NCBI GenBank assembly: GCA_040392885.1
Contig: JBEBVF010000001.1
Span: 27,505 to 91,504 of the forward strand
Reading direction: 5' to 3'
Length of the DNA stretch: 64,000 nucleotides
Source: Paracoccus sp. (in: a-proteobacteria)
GTDB lineage: Bacteria; Pseudomonadota; Alphaproteobacteria; Rhodobacterales; Rhodobacteraceae
A program made the position numbers and the translations under genes. The notes beneath the pieces are model-generated. The model was not told where the DNA came from. It did not search any database and was given only the letters and a program-made list of their open reading frames with translations. This document shows, piece by piece, positions 20,028 through 28,812 of the stretch (the stretch's first letter is position 1; the number at the start of each line of letters is the position of its first letter).

Positions 20028-20318
20028 CGACCGCGAGAATCCGTTGCAGGGATTGAGGGAGGCCATACCGCCGGGCCCACCCGCATTCGCCGTTCGTTAG
20101 GAGAGGGCATGGGACCATTCCCCTGCCCTCGACGGGCGGCCCCTCGGGCTCAGCCGATAGCGCGGTCGCGAACAACCGTCGCAGGAATCGAGCAAAGACA
20201 AACCGCCGGCCCTACCCGCATTCGCCGTTCTTTCGCGGCGGCAAGGGAACCATCCACCCCCCTCACCTGGGACGGCGGCGCCCCCGCCCCCACAGCCTCA
20301 GCCGATGGCGCGGTCGCG
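20028..20318. repeat. Degenerate tandem duplication (135/148-nt offsets) including a copy of the MFS gene 3' end
   Basis: acccgcattcgccgttc identical at 20079-20095 and 20214-20230; ctcagccgat(a/g)gcgcggtcgcg at 20149-20170 and 20297-20318 (21/22). Confidence 0.75.
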
Positions 20319-21614
20319 GGTTTCGGCCTTCACCATCAGCAGGGCCAGCGCCGCCAGCACCAGCAGCCCCGCGAAGGTGCCGATGGCGATGCCGAAGCCC
20401 TTGGCGAAGACCACCGCCAGCATGCTGGGCGCCAGGATGCCGCCCAGCCGGGCCACGGCGCTGGCCGTGCCCATGCCGGTGCCGCGCAGATGGGTCGGGT
20501 AAAGCTCGGGCGTGAAGGCATAGAGCGCGCCCCAGGTGCCCAGCAGCGCAAAGCTCATCAGGATCAGCGAGGAGGCGACCATCGCGGTCCCCGTCGCCAC
20601 CGTGAACAGGAAACAGCCGGCCGCGCTGAGCAGCAGGAAGGCCAGCAGCGTGGTCCGCCGGCCGATGGCCTCGACCCCCCAGGCGGCCAGCGCATAGCCG
20701 GGGATCTGCGCCAGCGCCAGGATCACCAGAAACCCGTAGCCGCGGACGAATCCGAAACCCTCGGTGGCCAGTTGCCCCGGCACCCAGACAAAGACGCCGT
20801 AATAGGACAGCGAGACCAGGAACCACAGCGCCAGCACCCCGAAGGTCCGCGCCCGCAGCAGACCGGAAAAGATCGACTCCTCGGCCCCCTCCGGCACCGC
20901 CGAGGGAACGATGGTCGCCCCGGCGGGCAAAGCCGGCCTGCCGTTCGCGGCCAGCACCCGGTCCAGCACCGCCTTTGCCTCGTCCGCGCGGCCCTTGCGG
21001 GTCAGGTACATCGGCGATTCCGGCACCCAGAGGCGCAGGAAGATGCCGATCGCCGCCGGCAGCGCGGCCACGCCAAAGATCCAGCGCCACGGCGCCACCG
21101 CGCCCTGCGCGGCCGCGATCCATGCGGTCAGCGCCACGATGATGGTGCCGATGGCCCAGAAGCCCTCCAGCCAGACCAGCCAGCGCCCGCGATTCTTCGG
21201 CGGCAGGAATTCGGCCATCATCGCGTAATCCACCGGCAGCGTGCCACCCACCGCCACCCCGGTCAGGAAGCGTAGCGCCAGCAGCATGGTGAAATCCTGC
21301 GCGAAGGCCGAGGCCATGCCGAAGACGGCATCCATCAGCACCGTCAGCAGCAGGATGTTGCGCCGCCCGATGCGGTCGGCGATGCGCCCGAAGGCAAAGG
21401 CGCCGACGAACATGCCGAGGAAGAACAGCGTGCCGATCTGGAGCGCCGCCAGACGCTCGATCCCGAAACTGGCGGCGACCGAGGGCGCGGCAAAGCCCAC
21501 CGCGATCACCTGCATGGCGTCGGCCGCCCAGACCAGCCCGAAGATCCCCAGAAGCCGCCGCTGGAACCGCCCGGTTCCGCCCTGGGCCAGGGCCTCGTCC
21601 ACGGTCAGTTGCAT
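20298..21614 (-). CDS. MFS transporter (sugar/aromatic acid/SV2-like)
   Basis: About 12 TM segments; GRIADRIGRR MFS signature, AEFLP...RG, PESP, ELYPT..RGTG. Confidence 0.9.
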   Translation of the reverse strand: MQLTVDEALAQGGTGRFQRRLLGIFGLVWAADAMQVIAVGFAAPSVAASFGIERLAALQIGTLFFLGMFVGAFAFGRIADRIGRRNILLLTVLMDAVFGMASAFAQDFTMLLALRFLTGVAVGGTLPVDYAMMAEFLPPKNRGRWLVWLEGFWAIGTIIVALTAWIAAAQGAVAPWRWIFGVAALPAAIGIFLRLWVPESPMYLTRKGRADEAKAVLDRVLAANGRPALPAGATIVPSAVPEGAEESIFSGLLRARTFGVLALWFLVSLSYYGVFVWVPGQLATEGFGFVRGYGFLVILALAQIPGYALAAWGVEAIGRRTTLLAFLLLSAAGCFLFTVATGTAMVASSLILMSFALLGTWGALYAFTPELYPTHLRGTGMGTASAVARLGGILAPSMLAVVFAKGFGIAIGTFAGLLVLAALALLMVKAETRDRAIG

Positions 21615-21688
21615 CCGCCTGCCTCCGATACGGGGAATTCCGACCTGAACTAGCGCGGATGTCCGGCGTCACCAAGCCTCGATTTGCG

Positions 21689-21717
21689 GCAATGCGGCAA
21701 TTTCTTTGCCGCATTGC
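21689..21717. promoter_or_regulatory. Perfect 12-bp inverted repeat upstream of MFS gene (operator or hairpin)
   Basis: gcaatgcggcaa-tttct-ttgccgcattgc. Confidence 0.45.
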
Positions 21718-21851
21718 GTCTTGCCGCTGTCCCGGGCGGCAGGCGGCCCTTCACGGCAGCACGGCCAGGGGGCCGTTCGTCCGCCCCGTCGGGCTATCGG
21801 CCGCCTGAAACCTCACCGCATCGCCGGGCGCGGCCTGCACCGCCGCAGGCC

Positions 21852-22856
21852 TCATTCGGCCATCAGGGACCGGATTCGCTCATGCAGCGCCCGGCTGACC
21901 GGGATGCCCTCGCGCCGGCTGATTTCCCGCGCGGCATGGCGGCGGGCGCCGGGGAGGCGGGCGCCTTGACCCTCGATGCGGTCCAGCGTCGCCTCGGCCG
22001 CCTCCAGATTGCCCGGCTCCGCAAGCAGGGCGGGATCGAAGGCGATGATCAGCTCGCCGTGACAGGGGGCGGCCTGCTGGCCCCGGTCGAACTCGGCGGA
22101 CTGGCGGCTGGTGCGGTCACCGATGAAGGGGCCGGCCATCAATTCGATCATGGTCGCCAGGGCCGAGCCCTTGTGGCCGCCAAAGGGCAGCATCGCTCCC
22201 GCCAGGATCGCCGCCGGGTCGGTGGTCGGCCGCCCCTCGTCATCCAGGCCCCAGCCCTCCGGCACCGTCTTGTCCGCCTGCCGGTGAAGGGCAATGTCGG
22301 CCCGCGAGGCGGCGGTGGTGGCAAAGTCGAAGACATAGGGCGGCCTTGCGGCGCGCGGCCAGGCAAAGGCCAGCGGATTGGTGCCCAGAACCGGCCGCGT
22401 CCCCCCGGCCGGCGCCACCCAGTCATGGGTCGGGTTCATGGACAGCGCCGCCAGACCGTGACCGGCGATCTCCTCCACCACCGGCCAGAGCGCCGTCGAG
22501 TGAAAGCCGTTATTGACCGCCAGGAAGGCGATGCCGAGGGCGCGGGCGGCCTCGATCAGCGCCGGCAGACCGGCGCGGGCCGCCGCCACGGAAAAGCCGT
22601 AGCCGGCATCGACCCGGACGACGGCCGGCGTGACCTGCTCGACCCGCGGCACGGCATCGCGGGCGAAGGCCGGATGCGCCATCGTGTCCAGCGTTCCGGG
22701 CAGCCGTTGCAGGCCATGCGACAGGGCACCATCCCGCTGCGCCCGGGTCAGCATGTCGGCCATGGCGGCCGATTGCGCCTGCGACAGGCCATGACCGCGC
22801 AGGAAATCGAGGGCCAGTTGGTAGACCTCGGCCTCCGAAAGCAGGATCTCGTCCAT
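21852..22856 (-). CDS. Ldh-2 family oxidoreductase (DpkA/ComC-like)
   Basis: SHGLQRL, VDAGYGF, GTNPLAFA, FDFATTA, FGGHKGSALA. Confidence 0.88.
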   Translation of the reverse strand: MDEILLSEAEVYQLALDFLRGHGLSQAQSAAMADMLTRAQRDGALSHGLQRLPGTLDTMAHPAFARDAVPRVEQVTPAVVRVDAGYGFSVAAARAGLPALIEAARALGIAFLAVNNGFHSTALWPVVEEIAGHGLAALSMNPTHDWVAPAGGTRPVLGTNPLAFAWPRAARPPYVFDFATTAASRADIALHRQADKTVPEGWGLDDEGRPTTDPAAILAGAMLPFGGHKGSALATMIELMAGPFIGDRTSRQSAEFDRGQQAAPCHGELIIAFDPALLAEPGNLEAAEATLDRIEGQGARLPGARRHAAREISRREGIPVSRALHERIRSLMAE

Positions 22857-23183
22857 CACCGTCTCCTTTGTGCCGGCCCGTGAAATGGCCCGCTTCTCCG
22901 GCACATGGTTCCAGAAGCGGCCCCGGACCAACAGCCCCGGGCCGGTCCCATGCCGCCGCGCCGCGACCTTACCACCCCGTCTGGTGATCCGGCCATGGGT
23001 GGCGAAGCGCCGGGCCTCACGCCGTCACAGAGGCCGTCCCGGCGCTGCCCGGATGGCCGGGCCGGGGCAAGCCATGCTGGCCAAACAGCCTATAGGAAGA
23101 TAGCGGCAATCGCCTTATCATCGGCCGGCGCCGTTGCGGTTCCTGCGCATGCCGCGGCGGGTTGAGCGGAGACGGAGGCAGGA

Positions 23184-24359
23184 ATGCCCCACATGGTCGA
23201 GCTTGTCGACGATCTCGGACGCCTCGGGGATATCGGACCACAATGGGCAGAGCTGCACGCCGCGGCGGGCGGCGGGCCGTTCTCCTCGGCCGAATGGCTG
23301 GCGGCCTGGGCCGCGGCCTATGGCGGTCAGGGGGCGGCGCCCTGCATCGGGCTGGCCTGGTCCGGCGGGCGGCTGCTGGCCGGCATGCCGCTGGGGCTGC
23401 GGCGCGGGCGGGTCTCGACGAGGGGGCCGCGCGTCGGCAAGCTGGTGATGCTCTGCGACGAGCGAGCCGGGTTTCACGAGGTCCTCGCCCTTCCCGGCCC
23501 CGAGGGGCAGGCCGCGGTGGCGGCGCTGCTGGAGGGCTGTCTGGCGCGGGGCGGCTGGGAGTTGGCCGACCTGAACCCGGTTCTGGGCTCGGCCGCGCTC
23601 GACGGGCTGGCGGCGCGCGCGCAGGCGCAGGGCCTTGCCGTCTGGCGGCGCGAGGAGATCCGGCGCGCGGTCTGCGACCTGTCGGCCGGCTGGCAGGGCT
23701 ATCTGGCGCGGCGCAGCGGCAACTTTCGCAAGTCGATCCGCGTGGCGCGCAAGCGGGTCGAGGCGGAGTGGGGCACGCTGCGCATCCTCCGCGGCGGCGA
23801 GCCCGATGCCGATGCCGTGCTGGAACGGGCGCTGGCCGTGTCGGCGCGCTGCTGGAAGGCGCGGATGGGCACCGATATCGGCTCGAATCCGCGGGTGCGC
23901 GCCTTCATGACCGAGATCTGGACCCGGTTCTCGGCCCGCAAGGCGGCGCGCATCCTGCTGCTCAGCATCGGCGGCCGCGATGCCGCAAGCTGTTTCCTGC
24001 TGCGTTCCGGCAATCGCGAATACGGGTTCATCACCGATTTCGACGAGGATTTCGCCGCGCTGTCGCCGGGGCGTGTCATCGTCTCGCATGCGCTGGAAAC
24101 CGCGGCGGCCGACGGGATCGCGGTGTTCGACATGATGCGGCTGACCCCGTTCTGGGAGCGCTTTGCCGATGAGATCCAGAGCTTCGAGCGGCTGCGCCTC
24201 TGCCGGCGGTTCGGGCTGGCCTGGCTGTGGCTGTCGGTCGAGGAACGCGCCCGGCCGCTGGGGCGCGAATTGCGAAAACGTTACCGGCGGCGCAGCCATA
24301 CCCGGATAGCATTCAAGGACAGGTCCAGCGAGAGGGAGCGCAGCGATGAGGATGCGTGA
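23184..24359 (+). CDS. CelD/BcsL-type GNAT acyltransferase (HfsK-like), copy 1
   Basis: GPFSSAEWLAAW, CDLSAGWQGYLARRSGNFRKSIR, FDEDFAALSPGRV, FDMM; Arg-rich C-terminus. Confidence 0.8.
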   Translation: MPHMVELVDDLGRLGDIGPQWAELHAAAGGGPFSSAEWLAAWAAAYGGQGAAPCIGLAWSGGRLLAGMPLGLRRGRVSTRGPRVGKLVMLCDERAGFHEVLALPGPEGQAAVAALLEGCLARGGWELADLNPVLGSAALDGLAARAQAQGLAVWRREEIRRAVCDLSAGWQGYLARRSGNFRKSIRVARKRVEAEWGTLRILRGGEPDADAVLERALAVSARCWKARMGTDIGSNPRVRAFMTEIWTRFSARKAARILLLSIGGRDAASCFLLRSGNREYGFITDFDEDFAALSPGRVIVSHALETAAADGIAVFDMMRLTPFWERFADEIQSFERLRLCRRFGLAWLWLSVEERARPLGRELRKRYRRRSHTRIAFKDRSSERERSDEDA

Positions 24360-25542
24360 TTGGCCGCCGATGCGCCGCGCCGGCCGCATCGGCCTGGCAC
24401 TGGCGCTGCTCGCCGCCCCGGCGGCGGCCGAGACGCTGACCATGGAGCCGGGCGACACGGTGGCGGTGTCGGTGCTGGGGCGCGCGGACCTGAGCGGCAG
24501 CTTTACCCTGCGCTCGGACGGCACGATCTCGATGCATGTCATCGGCGCAACGAAGGCGGCGGGCCTGACCGAGGCCGAGCTGGAGGACAGTCTGGAGGCG
24601 CTGCTGACCGGCGAAATGCAGCTTCCCTCCTCGGTCACCGTCTGGGTGGACAGCTGGCGGCCGGTCTATGTGCTGGGCGGCGTGGTGGCGCCGGGCGCCT
24701 TCGACTATCGGCTGGGCATGACGGTCGAGCAGGCGGTGGCGCTGGCCGGCGGCTTCGATCTGGGCACCGTGACGGGTTCGAGCAGCCTCAGCATGCGGGT
24801 GGTGGATCAGGCCGCCACGCTGGACGAGATCGGCCTGCGCCTGACCGAACTGTCGGTGCGGCGCGCCCGGCTGGAGGCCGAGGCCGCCGAACTCGACAGC
24901 TTCGCCGGACAGGCCGGCGGCGAGGGCGCGGCGGCCGCGATGACGGCCGAGCAGCAGCGCCTGTTCGAGAGCCGCGGGCAGGTGGTGCAAAACCGGCTGG
25001 AGGCGGCGGACGAGGTCAAGGTCCTGGCCGGAAACGAGGCCGATTCGCTGGCCGCGCAGCGCGAGTTGCTGAGCCGGCAGATCGCCGAGCAGGAGGCCAG
25101 CGTCGCGGACCTGCAATCGCTGTTCGACAAGGGGCTGGCCAGTTCCGAACGGCTGCGCGAGGCGCGGCGCGGGCTGACCGCGGACCGCATCGAACTGATG
25201 ACCGCCGCCAGCTTCGAGGCGCGGGCGCGTCAGGAGGTGGCGGCGGCCGATGCCTCGGTCAGCGATTTCATGACCGGCCGCCAGCGCGACATTGCCGAGG
25301 AACTGGCCAATATCGGCAGCCAGCAGCGCGCCGCCGAGCAGGAACTGGCCGCCGCGCAGCATTTCCTGGCCGAATTCGGCCCGCGCGTCGGCTATCTCGA
25401 CGGGGAGCTGGGACCGCCGGTGTTCCGCGTCACCCGCCGCAACGGGGCGGCGACCGAGCTGCTGGAACTGGCCGCCACCGACCCGCTGCGCCCCGGCGAT
25501 CTGGTCGAGGTGGTACGCGAGCCGGCTCAGCCCACCGAGTGA
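24346..25542 (+). CDS. Polysaccharide export protein (OPX; Wza/ExoF-like)
   Basis: Signal peptide, PGDTVAVSV, DGTISMHVIG, VYVLGGVVAPGAFDYR, coiled coil, LRPGDLVEV. Confidence 0.88.
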   Translation: MRMRDWPPMRRAGRIGLALALLAAPAAAETLTMEPGDTVAVSVLGRADLSGSFTLRSDGTISMHVIGATKAAGLTEAELEDSLEALLTGEMQLPSSVTVWVDSWRPVYVLGGVVAPGAFDYRLGMTVEQAVALAGGFDLGTVTGSSSLSMRVVDQAATLDEIGLRLTELSVRRARLEAEAAELDSFAGQAGGEGAAAAMTAEQQRLFESRGQVVQNRLEAADEVKVLAGNEADSLAAQRELLSRQIAEQEASVADLQSLFDKGLASSERLREARRGLTADRIELMTAASFEARARQEVAAADASVSDFMTGRQRDIAEELANIGSQQRAAEQELAAAQHFLAEFGPRVGYLDGELGPPVFRVTRRNGAATELLELAATDPLRPGDLVEVVREPAQPTE

Positions 25543-27530
25543 CCGGCTGCCGCCGCGGCGGGGCCCCGCCCGGCCAGCCGCGCCAGGATGGCGAGGTTGC
25601 GGCTGTTCTCCTCGGGCGTCGAGATCGGCAACAGGAAATAGCGCTGCTTGTAGAATGCCTTCTCGCCCAGATAGATGCCCTCCTCGGCAAAGACCTCGAC
25701 CACCCGTGTCAGGGTATCGGGCAGCTCCACCAGCATGAAGGGTGCCTGGCTGGGCACCACGTCCAGCCCGAGGCCGGTCAGCGCGCCGGCCATGCGGCGA
25801 CGCTCGGCCGTGGTGGTGTCGAAGATGTGCTGCTGATGGGCGGTGGCGCCGAGGGCGGCGGTGGCCGCCACCTCCGACAGGCGCGAGATGGAAAAGATGC
25901 GCTCGCCGCGCTTGAGCCATTCGACATGTTCCGGCCGGCCATAGGCATAGCCGACCCGCGCCCCGGCCAGCGCATAGAACTTGGAGAAGGTGCGCAGGCC
26001 GAGGATCGGCCGGGTTTCGGTGTCGATGAGGTCGCGGGCGGTCACCGCCTCGGGGTCGTCGACATATTCGGCATAGGCCTCGTCCAGCAGGATCGGGATG
26101 CTGTCGGGCACCATGGCGAGGAAGCGGGCGAAACCGGCCTTCTTCAGCACCACCCCTTCGGGATTGGAGGGCGAGATCAGATAGATCAGCCGCGTCGCCG
26201 GGCCGACCGCCGCCGCCACCGCATCGAGGTCGTATTCAAAGCCCGCGCCGGTGCGGCGCAGCGGCACCATGGTCGCATCGAGCGCCCGCTTGCCGACCAG
26301 CATGTTGAAGCCGAACCAGCCCGGCCTGGCCGATACCACCTTGTCGCCGGGCCGGGTCAGCATTTCCAGCAGCCGGTCGAGGATCTCCCACGAGCCGTTG
26401 CCGATGGCAAAGCAGTCGGAGTCCAGCCGCATCCTCGCCGCCAGCGCGGCGCGCAGCGCGCCATGGGTCTCGTCGGGATAGACCGCGGCGAGGCGCGGCG
26501 TCGTCGCGGCGCCCAGCGCCGCCATCACCTCCGGCGCGGCGCCGTAATGGTTCTCGGCCCGGTCATAGATGGTGAAATCGGTATCGGTGCGGGCAACGGT
26601 GCGGCCGTTATGGACATAGACGGGATAGGTGAAGGCCGGCACCTGAGCGATCGGGGTGGCGGTGTGCAGCTCGGCCTCGGCATCGGCCAGGAGCCGCCAG
26701 GCCGAAAGGCTGCGCCCGGAGACGAGGGCCGCCGGCGCGCTGGCCACCCGGATGAAGGCCGGCAGCAGCGAATCGGGTTCCGGCAGCAGGCTGGCCTTCA
26801 GGGTGCCCAGGGTGCGCTCGGTCATGCCGGTATGCACGCTGCCCAGCCGCAGAGTGGTGACGACGATGCCCGAAGCGGCCGCTTCGGCGGCCAGCTGCAT
26901 GGTCAGCCCCTCCAGCCCGTGCTTGGACACCGCATAGGCGGAATGGCCGGGCTGCGGCCGCTCGACCGCGCCGGTCGAGACATTGATGATCCGGCCATGG
27001 CCTTGGGGCAGCATGACCCGCAACGCCGCCTGGGCGGCCCGGAAGGCCCCGCCCAGATTGGCATCGAGGACCGCCATGAACTCGGTGTCCGGCAGATCCG
27101 CGAGGACGGGATGGCCCGCCTCGGCAATGCCGGCATTGTTGATCAGGATGTCGATACCGCCGAGCCGGTCGGCGACCTCGGCAAAGGCGCGCCCGACCTG
27201 ATCGGCGCGGGTCAGGTCGGCGGCGACGGCGAAGGCCCCGCCGCCGATGGCGCTGGCCGCGGCCTCGCCCTCGGCGGCGGAGCGCGACAGGATGGCCACG
27301 CGGCAGCCCTGCGCGGCCAGCCCCCGCGCCACCGCCAGCCCGATGCCGCGATTGCCGCCGGTTACCACGACGCGGCGGCCGGCGAGGCCCGGCTCCGGGT
27401 CCGCGGGCAGCGGCGCCGCCGGTCCAGCGCGGCCGCGCCGCTTGCGCCGGCCGCGGCCGGTGGCCTTGCCGAGCAGATCGAGGGTGACGGCGATATTGCG
27501 GCGCAGGCGGCGCCCCAGGCGGCTGGTCAT
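25527..27530 (-). CDS. SDR oxidoreductase / class I-II (HisC-like) PLP aminotransferase fusion
   Basis: N-half: VVVTGGNRGIG, LINNAG, INVSTG, YAVSK. C-half: YPD, GNGSWE, SPSNPEG, LLDEAYAEY, RTFSKFYALAGARVGY. One uninterrupted frame. Confidence 0.82.
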   Translation of the reverse strand: MTSRLGRRLRRNIAVTLDLLGKATGRGRRKRRGRAGPAAPLPADPEPGLAGRRVVVTGGNRGIGLAVARGLAAQGCRVAILSRSAAEGEAAASAIGGGAFAVAADLTRADQVGRAFAEVADRLGGIDILINNAGIAEAGHPVLADLPDTEFMAVLDANLGGAFRAAQAALRVMLPQGHGRIINVSTGAVERPQPGHSAYAVSKHGLEGLTMQLAAEAAASGIVVTTLRLGSVHTGMTERTLGTLKASLLPEPDSLLPAFIRVASAPAALVSGRSLSAWRLLADAEAELHTATPIAQVPAFTYPVYVHNGRTVARTDTDFTIYDRAENHYGAAPEVMAALGAATTPRLAAVYPDETHGALRAALAARMRLDSDCFAIGNGSWEILDRLLEMLTRPGDKVVSARPGWFGFNMLVGKRALDATMVPLRRTGAGFEYDLDAVAAAVGPATRLIYLISPSNPEGVVLKKAGFARFLAMVPDSIPILLDEAYAEYVDDPEAVTARDLIDTETRPILGLRTFSKFYALAGARVGYAYGRPEHVEWLKRGERIFSISRLSEVAATAALGATAHQQHIFDTTTAERRRMAGALTGLGLDVVPSQAPFMLVELPDTLTRVVEVFAEEGIYLGEKAFYKQRYFLLPISTPEENSRNLAILARLAGRGPAAAAAGHSVG

Positions 27531-28690
27531 GATGTTTCGTCCCTGACGGCGGCCGGGCGGTCGCGGGGGCGCAGCCCGTCGCGGACCGGCCCCGTCAGCC
27601 GGTCGCAGATATCCTCGAAGGCGCGGACGGCGCCCGGGATCAGATAGGGGGTCACCCGCTCGGCGGCGGCCTGCCGCCTGGCCGGGTCGTCGGGCTCGAG
27701 CAGCGCGGCGTGCAGCGCCGCGGCCATGGCCGGCACGTCGCCGGGCGGCACCAGCCGCCCCAGCCTGCCGTCTGCCAGGATGTCGCGCGGGCCGGGGCAA
27801 TCGCTCGCCACCACTCCGGCGCCGGCGGCCAGCGCCTCGACGAGGACATTGCCGAAACCCTCGCGCCGCGAGCCGAGGGCCAGGACCCGGGCCCGCGCCA
27901 GCTCCGGCATCAGCGAGGCGGTGACGCCCGCCAGCGTGATGCGGCCGGCCATGCCCAGCCGGGCGATCAGCGCGGCCAGCCGCGCATGGTCGGGGCCCTC
28001 GCCGAATATCTTCAGATGCAGTTGCGGATGGTCGGGGACCAGGCGGGCCACGGCCTCGATGACGGTCTCATGGCCCTTGTCAGGCACCAGCCGGCCCGCC
28101 GCGACGACCCGGCCGGCGATGCGCGGCGGCGGCGCCCGCGCCAGCCCGGCCAGCAGCTCCGGGGCCAGCACGGGATTGGGCGCGACCGCATGCGCCAGCC
28201 CGTGCAGGCCCAGCGTGTCGATCCAGTCCCGGGCCAGGGTTTCGGTCGGGGCCACCAGCAGGTCCGCCCGCGGATAAAGCGCCCGCACCAGCCCGCGCCG
28301 CGCCCGCGGCCGGCGGGCCGAGGCCAGATAGGCGGCGGCCTGGGTATGTTCGCTGACGATGATGCGCGGACGCCGGGCGCCGCGCCAGGGCAGGGTGGCA
28401 AGCAGCACGGCGATGTTCATCGCATTGGTGCCGGAATAGACCAGATCGACCCGCTGTTGCGCCAGCCAGCGCGCCAGCACCGGCCCCAGCAACAGCGCCC
28501 GCCGCCCGCCGGCATCATGGACCGGAATGTCGGCAGGGAGGCCGTCCAGCAGGGCGCCTTCGGCTTTCCTGAGGAAAAGCAGCGGCGTGAAACGCTCGCG
28601 ATCGAGGCCGACGAGCAGGCGCAACACCACATGCTCGATCCCGCCGGTTTTCAGATGCGGCAACAGGAAGGCAATACGAGTCTTGCGCAT
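27527..28690 (-). CDS. GT4 glycosyltransferase
   Basis: GGIEHV, GRLVPDKG, SRREGFGNVLVEALAAG. Confidence 0.92.
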   Translation of the reverse strand: MRKTRIAFLLPHLKTGGIEHVVLRLLVGLDRERFTPLLFLRKAEGALLDGLPADIPVHDAGGRRALLLGPVLARWLAQQRVDLVYSGTNAMNIAVLLATLPWRGARRPRIIVSEHTQAAAYLASARRPRARRGLVRALYPRADLLVAPTETLARDWIDTLGLHGLAHAVAPNPVLAPELLAGLARAPPPRIAGRVVAAGRLVPDKGHETVIEAVARLVPDHPQLHLKIFGEGPDHARLAALIARLGMAGRITLAGVTASLMPELARARVLALGSRREGFGNVLVEALAAGAGVVASDCPGPRDILADGRLGRLVPPGDVPAMAAALHAALLEPDDPARRQAAAERVTPYLIPGAVRAFEDICDRLTGPVRDGLRPRDRPAAVRDETS

Positions 28691-28812
28691 GGAAACGGCG
28701 AACTCTGTATCAACACATCGTTCACCTCATTCTGCAACAAGCGGCCCCTTCGCGCAACAAGGCGTGAGATTGGCCATTTGGCCATGCGCCGCGGCAGAAA
28801 AGGACGGATACT

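Noticed and set aside
20028-20318. CRISPR-like mini-array
   Set aside because: Only two units, similarity extends across the would-be spacers, and no cas genes
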